From the NCBI GenBank assembly GCA_010015585.1, contig ML975150.1: a DNA stretch of 64,000 nt; one strand, given 5' to 3'. The notes below the pieces were generated by a model. That model saw only the letters and a program-made list of their open reading frames with translations. It ran no database searches and was not told where the DNA came from. This stretch comes from Eremomyces bilateralis CBS 781.70 (taxonomy: Eukaryota). Both the position numbers and the translations under genes were made by a program. This document shows, in pieces, positions 61,995 to 64,000 of this stretch (position 1 is the first letter of the stretch; each line of letters starts with the position of its first letter).

Positions 61995-63130
61995 TTAGAC
62001 GCACCCCGAATAGATAGTGTTCAACTTTTTGCGCAGACTTTCCCAAACACGTTGCTGTATTCGCCTGCCCACTACATTCGTCGCCCACGATGCTACGTGG
62101 TCTCTGGCAATCCAAATTAGCAGAGTCATAGATATATGACGGGAGATGGATGGCTTACTCTTTGACCTCGCAGGCGGATATGTATTTTCCATTGCTATAT
62201 TTCCCTGCCACAGCCGCGTAAAGCAGATTCCGGCTACCCACCTCTGCAGATCTTGCCAGCAGTGTTCGCACGATAGCAATAATTAACCACTGTACCCATC
62301 CCGCATTTCTACTCAGCTCGGTGTTGCAAAGTCCAGGATTGACGTAGTTGATGGCGACTCCAGTTTCGCGATATGGATGAAGGGATGCGAACTCTCGCAT
62401 GGCATATAGGAGGAGCAGCTTAGAGATTTCGTACCTGTGTGTTCATCAGCGAGTCGCTCTCTTTATTTGAACACTCACATTCTAACAAACCTCTTTCCTG
62501 GCATCGGGCTTTGGCTCACCCCATCAATTAGGTCTCCGTCTATCTTCTCGAGTTCGCCTTTAGCCTGGAATGCTACCTCACTCCCAACTAGTACCAAATG
62601 TGGCACGATCCCAAACTTCCTAGCGCTCTCTTGCAATTTTGGAAGTACCAGGACGGCCAAAAGCATCGTGCTCACGACATTCACCGTCAAAGTAGACTCC
62701 AGTCCTTCCGCGATTATGCTCTCTGCCATTGCGATACCGGCATTCTCGATGATGGCGTCGACCCGATCAAGTGTTTCCACCTTCTTTACGAACTCTTTGA
62801 CAGAGTCGTAAGAACTGAGGTCGAGATGCCACACCTCTATAACACCTTTTCGACCTGTTTCAGCCTCAATTTTGGCCTTTGCTGCATCACCTCTGCTGAG
62901 AAATCGGACGGCGATGATGACTTTATTTGCGGACAAGGCGATGAGGTGTTTTGCGCATTCGTAGCCGAGACCTTGGTTGGACCCTGTAATCTGCTGGTAG
63001 TCAGGGAGATGTGATGCTTGTTGATCAATGGGAAACCAACAATATACGTCCCACCTGTGCAGTCCTGAGTCGTCGGAATGAGAGGAAGCTTTTTATGCTG
63101 CTCTCGGACGAAAGTAGTGAAGCTGGCCAT
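61995..63130 (-). CDS. Short-chain dehydrogenase/reductase, multi-exon
   Basis: TG.NQGLGYECA, LDLSSYDSV, IENAGIA, YEISKL (YxxxK), VNPGLCNTEL. Confidence 0.9.
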
Positions 63131-64000
63131 TGTAATGGTGGGATTTTATTTTTCTTTAGTTTCGTTTTGTGGTGTAGATGGCGAATGAATTGGTTAATGG
63201 TTCCCGCAACTGATGGGTTTTCCGGACACGATAGAAGCAGGTTCTTTATACAGTTTAACTACGGACATAATCTCTACACCGCTCTACTTACGACCTTTAA
63301 AGCCGCTTAAACTCCATGTTACATTATAAAGCATATAAAAAGAAATTTGAAGGCTGAGGATTATGGACTGGAACGGGATATAGGAAAATTTGAACTTTGA
63401 AAATCACCTTTGATTGTTTTCCACTTTTGGAATCGCGGGGTGGTAATTAGTGCAGATGCAATTCAAGGTTCGGGCCTAGTCGCAACAAGGATTGTTATAG
63501 GGACGGTTACGAGGACTCCGATTGGCCCTCATCCATCTTTGCAGAGAACAAGCTGTGATGTGACGGCTACGAAGCACTGCCTCGTACTAAAGCTTATCCC
63601 TATTCTTTCCCTTTTTAGGGGATAGATCACCATTGTAAACTATATAAAGTAGCTGCAGGAACAGCCTGTGTCGCAGGCCAAAGGGACCGTGATTACTGAT
63701 TACTCTGTATTCTAATCTTGCCTTTCTATAGTTATCCCAACAGAAGGAGTTTGATTCAGAGAAGCTTATGGTCCGTTTGTTCAATAGGAATTCTACGAAA
63801 ATAGGCTGTTCCTGCAGGCCTTTCCAACAATTCCTGCTCTTCAGGATCAAGGCAAATCTTTCTACACTCTTTTGGAATCTAATGGTGTTTTCCCACTGTA
63901 TCGCTGCACCAATCAACAGATTGAGCGAAACCGCTATTTATCTCACAAAATGCATGGGATAGGATCTGTTAATTCTCATCTCTACAAGGATGATGGGCCA

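Overview
Filamentous ascomycete (Pezizomycotina-type) genomic DNA with short spliceosomal introns. Positions 1-40 kb hold housekeeping genes (NT-C2 protein, TAD1, TYS1, GYP2/MDR1-like Rab-GAP, SEN15, 2-hydroxyacid dehydrogenase, nitroreductase). They are interspersed with accessory genes: P450, GT31, NmrA-like, DUF6590-like, a SIR2-domain gene that stops at a pre-NACHT linker, a HeLo-like/TPR gene and a decayed LysM/chitinase gene. Positions 40-60 kb are a TE-rich island with RIP-type damage: a 7.0-kb CMC/EnSpm-like element with non-CACTA 21-bp TIRs and TA flanks, a Tc1 relic, MULE relics, a DUF6589-like fragment and a divergent cullin N-terminal pseudogene. Inside the island is an apparently intact head-to-head pair, a HeLo-like effector with a two-repeat C-terminal HET-s-like motif and a NACHT-WD40 NLR carrying one copy of the same motif at its N-terminus. 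This is a candidate amyloid-signalling cell-death system with an atypical motif. All family calls come from motif recognition by eye; no database search was run, and exon boundaries are inferred.
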